NCBI GenBank assembly: GCA_024403855.1
Contig: JAKSRC010000008.1
Coordinates: 4,584 to 68,583, forward strand
Direction: 5' to 3'
DNA from: Saccharofermentans sp.
GTDB taxonomy: Bacteria; Bacillota; Clostridia; Saccharofermentanales; Saccharofermentanaceae
DNA length: 64,000 nucleotides
Positions 1-8,228 of the stretch are shown piece after piece. The notes below the pieces were generated by a model. It saw only the letters and a list, made by a program, of their open reading frames with translations. It was not told the origin of the DNA and ran no database searches. Position 1 is the stretch's first letter, and each line of letters starts with the position of its first letter. The position numbers were made by a program, and so were the translations under genes.

Positions 1-1722
1 TCCGCCGGAACCGATAACTTCTCTGATCTTGTCAACAGGAACCTGCATGGAGATGATGCGAGGAGCCCACTTGTTGAGGTCTGCACGAGGTGCAGGAATG
101 CAAGGAAGGATTACTTCGTTAATAATCTTAAGTCTTCCCTTATGTGTCATCTCGAAAGCAGCCTTGATGATGTCTAATGTAAGACCTTCAACCTTGATAT
201 CAACCTGGATGGATGTGATACCTTCTGTAGTACCTGCAACCTTAAAGTCCATATCACCGAAGAAGTCTTCGATGCCCTGGATGTCCATAAATACGAGGAA
301 GTTATCTTCGTTATCAGGATCTGTGATAAGACCGGAAGAAATACCAGCTACAGGTCTCTTGAGCGGAACACCTGCATCCATGAGTGACAATGTGGATGCA
401 CATACAGAACCCTGTGATGTAGAACCGTTACTCATTGTAATCTCAGATACTGTTCTGATTGAGTAAGGGAACTCTTCCTCAGAAGGAAGTACAGGAATCA
501 AAGATCTCTCAGCGAGAGCACCGTGACCGATTTCACGTCTTCCGGGTGATCTGGAAGGCTTTGCCTCACCTGTAGAATAACCAGGGAAATTATAGTGATG
601 GATATATCTCTTATATGTCTGTTCATCAAGACCTTCAAGCTTCTGAGCTTCATCAAGAGGAGCAAGAGTACAGATATTCATTACCTGTGTCTGACCTCTC
701 TGGAAGAAAGAAGAACCATGAACTCTGGGAAGTACGCCAACTTCAGCAGACAAAGGTCTGATCTCATCCAAAGCTCTGCCGTCAACTCTTCTGTGCTCAC
801 GGAAGAGATAATCTCTAACAACTTTCTTTTCGAGAGTGTAGATTGCATCAGGTGCCCACTTTGAAAGGCCCTCTTCCTTCTCTTCGAGGAGAGCTGCAAC
901 TTCTTCCTGGAGCTTAGCAACATTAGCATCTCTTACTTCCTTGTCAGTAGCAAGAACTGCTTCGCGCATCTTATCCCAGCCATATTCCTTAACAGCAGCG
1001 AAAACATCAGCCGGTACATCAGCTGACTCGTAAGAGAACTTCTCCTTACCGATCTCAGCAACGATGCCATTGATGAATTCACAAATCTGCTTAATTACTT
1101 CGTGACCTTCTGCAATTGCATTGAGCATTACATCATCAGGTACTTCGTTAGCGCCTGCTTCAACCATGCAAATCTTAGAAAGAGTACCAGCAAGTGTTAC
1201 ATACATCTGTGATACTTCACGCTGCTCAAGTGTAGGGTTGATTACTGTCTTGCCATCGATGAGGCCCAATACAACGCCACCGACAGGTCCCTTCCACGGG
1301 ATATCAGAAATAGCAATTGCGATAGATGTACCGATCATTGCTGTAATCTCAGGTGAGCAATCAAGGTCAACAGACATAACGAGGTTGTTGACGCAAACAT
1401 CATTTCTGAGATCCTTAGGGAACAAAGGTCTGATAGGACGGTCGATAACACGTGAAACAAGGATAGCCTTCTCGCCAGGTCTTCCCTCTCTCTTGAGGAA
1501 ACCACCAGGGATCTTGCCTACTGCATACATCTTTTCCTCGTAATCTACTGAAAGCGGGAAGAAATCAATTCCCTCACGAGGTGTAGCACTAGCTGTAACG
1601 GTTGAAAGAACAGATGTCTCACCATATCTGATGAGGACAGAACCGTTAGCGAACTGTGCGATCTTACCGGTCTCGACTACCAACGGTCTGCCGGCGATTT
1701 CAGTTCTGAAAATCTTTTCCAT
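1..1722 (-). CDS. pnp: polynucleotide phosphorylase (PNPase), N-terminal 574 codons; the 3' end lies beyond the window start
   Basis: Absent from the ORF track because the frame runs off the window edge. My minus-strand translation from ATG 1720-1722 reads MEKIFRTEIAGRPLVVETGKIAQFANGSVLIRYGETSVL...FFPLSVDYEEKMYAVGKIPGGFLKREGRP...DFKVAGT, typical of the PNPase RNase PH domains. An AAGGAG Shine-Dalgarno site sits about 7 nt upstream. Confidence 0.9.
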   Translation of the reverse strand, partial: MEKIFRTEIAGRPLVVETGKIAQFANGSVLIRYGETSVLSTVTASATPREGIDFFPLSVDYEEKMYAVGKIPGGFLKREGRPGEKAILVSRVIDRPIRPLFPKDLRNDVCVNNLVMSVDLDCSPEITAMIGTSIAIAISDIPWKGPVGGVVLGLIDGKTVINPTLEQREVSQMYVTLAGTLSKICMVEAGANEVPDDVMLNAIAEGHEVIKQICEFINGIVAEIGKEKFSYESADVPADVFAAVKEYGWDKMREAVLATDKEVRDANVAKLQEEVAALLEEKEEGLSKWAPDAIYTLEKKVVRDYLFREHRRVDGRALDEIRPLSAEVGVLPRVHGSSFFQRGQTQVMNICTLAPLDEAQKLEGLDEQTYKRYIHHYNFPGYSTGEAKPSRSPGRREIGHGALAERSLIPVLPSEEEFPYSIRTVSEITMSNGSTSQGSVCASTLSLMDAGVPLKRPVAGISSGLITDPDNEDNFLVFMDIQGIEDFFGDMDFKVAGTTEGITSIQVDIKVEGLTLDIIKAAFEMTHKGRLKIINEVILPCIPAPRADLNKWAPRIISMQVPVDKIREVIGSGG

Positions 1723-1767
1723 TTCATACTCCTTTATAACATCGAAATTTGGTAAAGGAGGTAGTTC

Positions 1768-1822
1768 GTAGATTCACTGTCCGAGCAAAAAAATAAGTCC
1801 GATGTTCGGGCAGCCAATCTAC
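1768..1822 (-). promoter_or_regulatory. long imperfect stem-loop in the pnp 5' leader
   Basis: GTAGATT (1768-1774) pairs with AATCTAC (1816-1822). An inner imperfect stem (CTGTCCGA/TCGGGCAG) lies between them. The structure sits between a candidate promoter and the pnp start. Confidence 0.35.
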
Positions 1823-1849
1823 ACACTACACTCCTTCTCGAACTTATTA

Positions 1850-1877
1850 ATTATATACTAAAAGCGCAATAAGACAA
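1850..1877 (-). promoter_or_regulatory. candidate sigma-A promoter for pnp
   Basis: On the minus strand: TTGTCT (1872-1877), a 16-nt spacer, then TATAAT (1850-1855). Confidence 0.4.
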
Positions 1878-1889
1878 ATAAATATAAGG

Positions 1890-2528
1890 TCAGATTTTCT
1901 TAATTGCCTCACAAACTGCTTCAGCCAATCCCTTATGTCCGTCAGGACCCAGATGAAGGCCATCTTCAACAGAAGGTTTGATATAAAGCTTGGCATCTAA
2001 AAAGTCACAACCGTGCTTATCTGCAACTCTTTTATAATACTCAGCAAGGTGCTTGGACTTTTCTATTGATACTTCATCGAAAGAGTCAGCAAAAGGACCA
2101 GTAAGTATCTCCTTGATTATTTCCGGAGGCGATACAATAAGGATCTTGGGAACGTATCCCTGCTTAAGATCCATTACCTTCTCTGCTCGTAAAACGATCT
2201 CATTAAGACCTGCTGCAATCTCATCCAAAGAAGCCTTATAAACAGTCTTCATGTCATTTGTTCCAAGCATGATTACCAGATAATCTACAGGTCTGTGAGT
2301 GCAGAGAATTCCCTTAATGTAGTCTACGCCGTTTTTCCAATCATCATTAGGATCGTCGAAAACAGTAGTTCTTCCGTTAAGACCCTCTTCAATGACCTTA
2401 TAGTCACTTCCAAGGAGTCGCTGAAGTAAGCATGGCCACCTGACTGTATCAGGGAGTCTTTCACCGTTTAACGGGTTATGTCCATAGGTATTTGAATCGC
2501 CAAAACAAACTACTGATTTCATACTCAT
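1890..2528 (-). CDS. SGNH/GDSL-family hydrolase (esterase/lipase-like)
   Basis: Block I is VCFGDSNTYG, block III is LGTNDMK and block V is DGLHLGPDGH. The start overlaps the nadE stop by 4 nt. Confidence 0.8.
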   Translation of the reverse strand: MSMKSVVCFGDSNTYGHNPLNGERLPDTVRWPCLLQRLLGSDYKVIEEGLNGRTTVFDDPNDDWKNGVDYIKGILCTHRPVDYLVIMLGTNDMKTVYKASLDEIAAGLNEIVLRAEKVMDLKQGYVPKILIVSPPEIIKEILTGPFADSFDEVSIEKSKHLAEYYKRVADKHGCDFLDAKLYIKPSVEDGLHLGPDGHKGLAEAVCEAIKKI

Positions 2529-4450
2529 TCCTTTACAGTTTTAAGATCTTCAAGCCAAACGTTACGTGAAGCGTCAGAAGGCATTCTCCAGTCGCCTCTG
2601 GGAGACAGAGATACTGTACCGACCTTAGGACCGTCAGGTACGCAGGATCTCTTGAACTGTTGTGCGAAGAATCTTCTGATAAAAGTCTCTTCCCACTTAT
2701 AAATGGTATCGTCATCGTATACACCGTCAAAAGCAATCTTTGCGAGACGGTATATTTTCGACGGGCGGAAACCAAATCTGATCATGTAGTAGAGGAAGAA
2801 ATCGTGAAGTTCATAAGGACCTACTGTCTCCTCTGTCTTCTGTGAAATCTTTCCGTCTGCAGAAGGCGGTAAAAGCTCAGGCGAAATCGGTGTATCAACA
2901 ATATCTGCCAAAGCCTTGGAGAGGCCTTCATTGACCGTGGAAGTACGCTTTGCCTCATAAGCAACGAGGTGTCTTACAAGAGTCTTAGGGATTGAGCAGT
3001 TAACGCTGTACATAGACATATGGTCGCCGTTATAAGTTGCCCAACCCAAAGCAAGTTCTGAAAGGTCGCCGGTACCGACTACAAGTCCACCCTCCTGATT
3101 AGCGATATCCATAAGGATCTGTGTTCTTTCTCTTGCCTGAGAGTTCTCGTATGTGATGTCATGAACATCCATATCATGACCAATATCCTTAAAGTGCTGA
3201 ACAACCGCATCAGAGATAGAAATCTCTCTTAATGTGCAGCCATACTCTTCAGCTATTCTTACTGAGTTATTCTTGGTTCTCGCTGTAGTACCGAAACCTG
3301 GCATCGTAATACCAATAATGCCCTTACGATCAAGGCCGAGCTTATCAAATGCATGAATCATTACAATCAATGCGAGTGTTGAATCAAGACCACCTGAAAG
3401 ACCGATAACAGCCGTCTTGCAATTAATAGCATTAAGTCTTGTATAAAGACCTGCAGCCTGCATATTGAGAATATCTTCACATCTGCTTTCAAGATCTACC
3501 GTGCTCTCCGGAACGAAAGGTGTCTTGCTGATCTTTCTGTTTGGTTTGATATCAGGGAATTCTGCATCAAAAGAAAGACTGTTGATGTAATCATCTCCCC
3601 CGATTTCACTCGCGAAAGTATTTGACTTGCGTCTGTCAGATTCAAGTTTTTCGATATCGATATCAGCGTATGTAATCGCATCAGCTTCATCGTTTGAGAA
3701 ACGCTTACTCTCAGCTAATATCGTGCCATTTTCTGCAATGATATTATGGCCGGCAAATACAAGATCCTGTGTGGACTCGCCAAAGCCTGCATCACTGTAA
3801 ATATAAGCAGCGACAAGCTTCGCACTCTGCATCTTTACGAGATCTCTTCTAAACTGTGCTTTTCCGATAATCTCGTCAGAGCAGGATAAATTGAAGATAA
3901 CCTGTGCTCCGTGCTTAACATAATCAACAGAGGGACTCTGAGTAACCCAGAGATCTTCACAAATCTCTACTGCAAAAGAAAATCCTGAGCAGTTAAAGAC
4001 AGCCTTTCCAAAGCAAATATTGTCTTCTGCCATAACGAGGCCTTCAATGTCATAAGGCTTAAAATGTCTTAACTCGTAAAACTCAGAATAATTAGGAACG
4101 TTCTGCTTTGGAACAAGTCCGATTATCTCGCCTTTATAAACGACTGCAGCAACGTTATACAACTTGCCGTTCAGTACATAAGGAAGACCTACGATAAGAA
4201 TCGTATTTAAGTCACTGCTCTCATTTGCAAGGTTATATAAACCCTGCTTAGCTTTGTCGAGTAACACCTTCTGCGCGAAAAGATCACCACAGGTATATCC
4301 GGTAAGTCCAAGTTCCGGGAAAACTATGACAGCGCAATCGTTAGAAGAAGCTCTTCTGGCGCATTTCAAAGTCTCCTGGACGTTAAAATCAACGTCACCG
4401 ACTTTCAACTTAGGGCTTGCTGCCGCTACTCTGATAAAACCGTCAAGCAT
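2525..4450 (-). CDS. nadE: glutamine-dependent NAD+ synthetase
   Basis: 641 aa. The N-terminal nitrilase/CN-hydrolase domain shows FPELGLTGY and CEDLW. The C-terminal PP-loop shows GLSGGLDS. Confidence 0.9.
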   Translation of the reverse strand: MLDGFIRVAAASPKLKVGDVDFNVQETLKCARRASSNDCAVIVFPELGLTGYTCGDLFAQKVLLDKAKQGLYNLANESSDLNTILIVGLPYVLNGKLYNVAAVVYKGEIIGLVPKQNVPNYSEFYELRHFKPYDIEGLVMAEDNICFGKAVFNCSGFSFAVEICEDLWVTQSPSVDYVKHGAQVIFNLSCSDEIIGKAQFRRDLVKMQSAKLVAAYIYSDAGFGESTQDLVFAGHNIIAENGTILAESKRFSNDEADAITYADIDIEKLESDRRKSNTFASEIGGDDYINSLSFDAEFPDIKPNRKISKTPFVPESTVDLESRCEDILNMQAAGLYTRLNAINCKTAVIGLSGGLDSTLALIVMIHAFDKLGLDRKGIIGITMPGFGTTARTKNNSVRIAEEYGCTLREISISDAVVQHFKDIGHDMDVHDITYENSQARERTQILMDIANQEGGLVVGTGDLSELALGWATYNGDHMSMYSVNCSIPKTLVRHLVAYEAKRTSTVNEGLSKALADIVDTPISPELLPPSADGKISQKTEETVGPYELHDFFLYYMIRFGFRPSKIYRLAKIAFDGVYDDDTIYKWEETFIRRFFAQQFKRSCVPDGPKVGTVSLSPRGDWRMPSDASRNVWLEDLKTVKE

Positions 4451-4504
4451 GGTTATACCTCCGGGAAATTCCTATTAAGGAATTATAACACCTTTGAAAC
4501 AAAT

Positions 4505-4538
4505 AGAAAAAAGGGTCGCCTCAAATGAGACAACCCTT
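4505..4538 (-). terminator. intrinsic terminator of rpsO
   Basis: The minus-strand RNA AAGGGUUGUCUCA-UU-UGAGGCGACCCUU forms a 13-bp stem including G-U pairs, followed by UUUUUCUAUUU. Confidence 0.8.
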
Positions 4539-4559
4539 CTTTGAAATAATCTTTTAAGA

Positions 4560-4826
4560 TTACTTTCTGATGCCGAGTCTTGCGATCAAAGATCTGTAAC
4601 GCTCGATATCAACAGCTGCAAGATAGTCAAGGATGTTTCTTCTCTTACCAACCATCATGAGAAGACCTCTTCTGCTGTGGTGGTCGCCCTTGTGAGACTT
4701 GAGGTGTTCTGTGAGGTGATTGATTCTGTAAGTAAGAAGTGCAACCTGAACCTCAGGAGAACCTGTATCGCCCTCAGTAAGAGCATATTCCTTGATGATA
4801 GCCTGCTTGTCGAAAGATGCTGACAT
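4560..4826 (-). CDS. rpsO: 30S ribosomal protein S15
   Basis: The sequence [14 protein letters not shown]...[18 protein letters not shown]...[21 protein letters not shown] is S15-like. I used the internal ATG at 4824-4826, which has an AGGAGGA Shine-Dalgarno site, rather than the track start at 4889. Confidence 0.95.
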   Translation of the reverse strand: MSASFDKQAIIKEYALTEGDTGSPEVQVALLTYRINHLTEHLKSHKGDHHSRRGLLMMVGKRRNILDYLAAVDIERYRSLIARLGIRK

Positions 4827-4954
4827 AAATCTTTCCTCCTTTAAGATAAATACGCCAAAATCGAAGGTAAGGGTCGGAGTCTTCCACAAAACTGCGATTT
4901 AGGCAACTTGGTGATAATAACATCACCGGTTAATTTTGTAAAGTGAAAAAGTAA

Positions 4955-4981
4955 AAGAGCCACCCATAAAGAGTGGCTCTT
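4955..4981 (-). terminator. intrinsic terminator of hppA
   Basis: AAGAGCCAC / GTGGCTCTT form a 9-bp stem, followed on the minus strand by TTACTTTTTC. Confidence 0.7.
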
Positions 4982-5003
4982 ATTAATGGTTTATCTAATC
5001 AGA

Positions 5004-7148
5004 TTATCCACGGATATTTCTGATGATAGGAGCGATTGTGTTAGCAACTGTGGACATGAGCTTGATGAAGATGTCCAAAGCAACGCCTACAACGTCCTTA
5101 CGTGTGTCACCGATTGTATCACCAGTAACTGCTGCCTTGTGCGCAGGAGATCCCTTGCCGTGGCCCTCGAGCATACCCTGCTCGATGTACTTCTTAGCGT
5201 TATCGAAAGCACCACCGGAGTTACCCATGAAGATAGCTCTAGGGATAGCAACGATTGTAGCACCAACAAGGATACCACCAACGAACTCAACGCCGAGGAT
5301 GAAACCACCAACGATAGGAATCAAGAGAGCCAAAACTGAAGGAACAACCATTCTTCTGATAGCTTCTCTTGCAGCCATAGCGATCATCATGTTGTAGTCA
5401 GGCTTAGCCTTACCCTCAAGAACTTCCTGAGTCATCTGCTTGTCGCCAACGTCAGCCATGATCTTAGCAGCATCGATTGTGTTATCTGTGAGGATAGCGC
5501 TGAAGTATTCAACGAGCGCACCACCCAAGATACCGCCTGCAACTACGAAGAATGTAGCGAAGTTGAGTGTCAACTCTTCACCAGCTGTTGTGTAGTTACC
5601 AACGTAAGCCATGATGAGGGAAACTGTAGCGAATGCAGCAGAACCGATTGCGAAGCCCTTACCGATAGCAGCTGTAGTATTACCAACAGCGTCGAGCTTA
5701 TCTGTAATCTTACGTACATCAGGATCGAGGTGGCAAGCTTCAGCAAGACCGCCTGCGTTATCAGCGATAGGACCGAAAGCATCGATAGAAACTGTAGCAC
5801 CAACGAATGCGAGCATACCGAGAGCGGAGATTGCGATACCGTAAGAACCGCAGATGAGACCGGAGATGATAAGTGCAACGATGATTACGAGTACAGGAGC
5901 GAGTACTGATCTGGAACCAACAGCGTCACCCTTTGTAACAACGAAAGCTTCGCCTTCTGTGCACATCTCAGCAATCTTCTGAGTAGGCTTGTGATCTGTT
6001 GATGTGTAGTACTCTGTAATGATACCGATTGCGATACCGGCAACGATACCCATTACTGAAGAAACCCAAGGGGAAGCCCAACCGAGCTTGAAACCATATG
6101 TAGCAAGGTCAGAAGCAGAAATGCCTGTACCGTTGAAAATGAAGTATGCAGCAACACCACCGAAAATGATTGTGCAGCCAGCAGAAATCCATGTGGAGAG
6201 GTCGAGTTCCTTTGACGGATTGTCGCCCATCTTCTTGATGTTAGCGAGACCCAAACCGATAAGGCATCCAACGAGGCCGCAGCCAGCGAGGATTACAGGG
6301 AAAAGGATTGTAGCATTGAATGTAGCTTCAGAAACACTTGCGTTATGTGTCTGGAAGAGTGTAACAGCAATCATAAGAGAAGCTGACATTGTAGCAACGA
6401 AAGACTCCAAGAGGTCAGAGCAGTTACCAGCGATATCGTTTACGTTGTCGCCGATGAAGTCTGCGATTGTGTTAGGGATTCTTGAGTCATCCTCAGGAAG
6501 GTCATGTCTGAGCTTACCAAGGATATCAGAAGAAATGTCTGCTGCCTTTGTGTAGTTACCACCAGCAACACGGTTGAACATAGCAACGATGGAGCAGCCC
6601 AATGAATATGTGGAAATTCTCATAATGTAAGGGTTGCACATAAGTCCGAGCTGGATCAAGCCCTGGCTCTCAACGTCATGCTTAACACCGCCGAAGCAAA
6701 GGAGAACTGCGAGGAAGCCCAACATACCGAAGCCCTGAACAGCAAGGCCGCTGATGGAACCACCGCAGAGAGCAACCTTAACGGTCTCTCCAATTGAAAG
6801 GCTCTCTCTTGCTTTGTTCGATGTACGAACATTAGCATAAGTAGCGCTCTGCATACCGAGAACGCAAACGATAGAGCTCATCAACGCACCCATGAGGAAT
6901 GTGATACCACTTGTCTTCTCAACAAAGAGTGTGAAAACAATAGCAACAATTGCCACAACGATGGAGATGCTCTTGTACTCCGTCTTAAGGAAAGTCTGCG
7001 CACCAGAACGAATGATTCCTGACAATTCGATCATTTCAGGTGTTCCTTCAGGCATCTTCTTAATACGGAAGTAATTGAACGCAACATAGATAAGTGCAAG
7101 CACTACTACGCCGAGTACGATTAACCAGGAAGTCGTAAGTAAAGACAT
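5004..7148 (-). CDS. hppA: membrane-integral ion-translocating pyrophosphatase, K+-dependent subfamily signature
   Basis: 714 aa and highly hydrophobic. M-PPase motifs present are DNVGDNVNDIAG-like (GDNVNDIAGNCSDL) and GNTTAAIGKGFAIGSAA. The Ala in GNTTAA (rather than Lys) marks K+-dependent enzymes. Confidence 0.9.
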   Translation of the reverse strand: MSLLTTSWLIVLGVVVLALIYVAFNYFRIKKMPEGTPEMIELSGIIRSGAQTFLKTEYKSISIVVAIVAIVFTLFVEKTSGITFLMGALMSSIVCVLGMQSATYANVRTSNKARESLSIGETVKVALCGGSISGLAVQGFGMLGFLAVLLCFGGVKHDVESQGLIQLGLMCNPYIMRISTYSLGCSIVAMFNRVAGGNYTKAADISSDILGKLRHDLPEDDSRIPNTIADFIGDNVNDIAGNCSDLLESFVATMSASLMIAVTLFQTHNASVSEATFNATILFPVILAGCGLVGCLIGLGLANIKKMGDNPSKELDLSTWISAGCTIIFGGVAAYFIFNGTGISASDLATYGFKLGWASPWVSSVMGIVAGIAIGIITEYYTSTDHKPTQKIAEMCTEGEAFVVTKGDAVGSRSVLAPVLVIIVALIISGLICGSYGIAISALGMLAFVGATVSIDAFGPIADNAGGLAEACHLDPDVRKITDKLDAVGNTTAAIGKGFAIGSAAFATVSLIMAYVGNYTTAGEELTLNFATFFVVAGGILGGALVEYFSAILTDNTIDAAKIMADVGDKQMTQEVLEGKAKPDYNMMIAMAAREAIRRMVVPSVLALLIPIVGGFILGVEFVGGILVGATIVAIPRAIFMGNSGGAFDNAKKYIEQGMLEGHGKGSPAHKAAVTGDTIGDTRKDVVGVALDIFIKLMSTVANTIAPIIRNIRG

Positions 7149-7237
7149 ATACCGGTCCCCTCTCTTATAGAATATTAATTATATTTGTGAAGCATATGGG
7201 CATAGCAAAAACTATTGCTCTTCTGCAAAACGCCAAG

Positions 7238-7266
7238 ATTATACATATAAAAATATACTTTGGCAA
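7238..7266 (-). promoter_or_regulatory. candidate sigma-A promoter for hppA
   Basis: On the minus strand: TTGCCA (7261-7266), a 17-nt spacer, then TATAAT (7238-7243). Confidence 0.55.
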
Positions 7267-7313
7267 TCAAAATAATACTGATTTTTCCGTAAGAAATAAC
7301 GATTTTTTATGAA

Positions 7314-8228
7314 TTACTCATTTATAAGAGAGTCAGTAAACAGAACTGGGTCAAAATCTGCCAGATCCTCGACGCTCTCACCTAAGCCTGCAAGCACAAT
7401 TGGCTTCTTGGACTGGTAAGCAACTGCGACAGCAACACCACCCTTTGCACTACCGTCGAGCTTTGTAATTCCAACATAATCAAGGCCGGTTACTTCGCCG
7501 AAACCTTCAGCCTGTATTACAGCATTCTGACCTGTTGTAGCATCAATTATAAGAAGTGACTTTATAGCAGCATCAGGAGCTTCTCTTTCGATAATGCGTC
7601 TGATTTTTGCAAGTTCATCCATAAGATTCTTCTTATTATGGAGTCTGCCGGCAGTATCTACGAGAAGAACATCAGTACCTCTTGCCTGTGCAGCGTGAAT
7701 CGCATCGAAAACGACGGAAGCCGGGTCTGCACCCTCCTGCTCCTGGGCAATTACAGCAGTACCGGTTCTCTCACCCCAGGTCTTAAGCTGACCTACAGCA
7801 GCCGCACGGAATGTATCGCATGCTGCCATAAGAACCTTTTTGCCTTCCTTCTTGTATCTTGCGGCGAGCTTACCTGATGTTGTCGTCTTACCTGTTCCGT
7901 TGACACCAATCATAAGGATGATATTGAGTTTGCCGGGAACGATCTCGACCTTCTGGGGTTCACCCAAAATCTCAAGCATTCTCTCCTTAACTGACTTCAT
8001 AACAGCTTCTTTACTGTCATCGCCAGTCTTCTTAATATCAGCCTTTACCCTGTCCATTATGTCTACACTGGCCTGAACACCGCAATCAGCTCTTACGAGG
8101 AGCTCTTCCAGTTCATCGAGCATATCCTCATCAAAATGACCGGTAGAAGCAGCAAGCTTAGTAATACTTCCTGCAAAGAAGTTTCTTGTTTTCTCAAGTC
8201 CCTTTTTAAATAAATCAGCTAATCCCAT
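7314..8228 (-). CDS. ftsY: signal recognition particle receptor FtsY
   Basis: Motifs GVNGTGKTTT, DTAGR and TKLDGSAKGG are present. It follows smc with a 1-nt overlap, as in Firmicutes. Confidence 0.95.
   Translation of the reverse strand: MGLADLFKKGLEKTRNFFAGSITKLAASTGHFDEDMLDELEELLVRADCGVQASVDIMDRVKADIKKTGDDSKEAVMKSVKERMLEILGEPQKVEIVPGKLNIILMIGVNGTGKTTTSGKLAARYKKEGKKVLMAACDTFRAAAVGQLKTWGERTGTAVIAQEQEGADPASVVFDAIHAAQARGTDVLLVDTAGRLHNKKNLMDELAKIRRIIEREAPDAAIKSLLIIDATTGQNAVIQAEGFGEVTGLDYVGITKLDGSAKGGVAVAVAYQSKKPIVLAGLGESVEDLADFDPVLFTDSLINE

Noticed and set aside
4827-4889. N-terminal extensions in the ORF track for rpsO (to 4889), the GGDEF gene (to 41219), sigA (to 59649), the DUF975-like gene (to 33392), the zinc-ribbon gene (to 60569), tadA (from 60638), the small membrane gene (from 31141), the second metallophosphoesterase (from 42936) and the 36957 gene (to 37568).
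   Set aside because: The extended starts are TTG/GTG or lack a Shine-Dalgarno site. An internal ATG with a good SD matches the expected family N-terminus.
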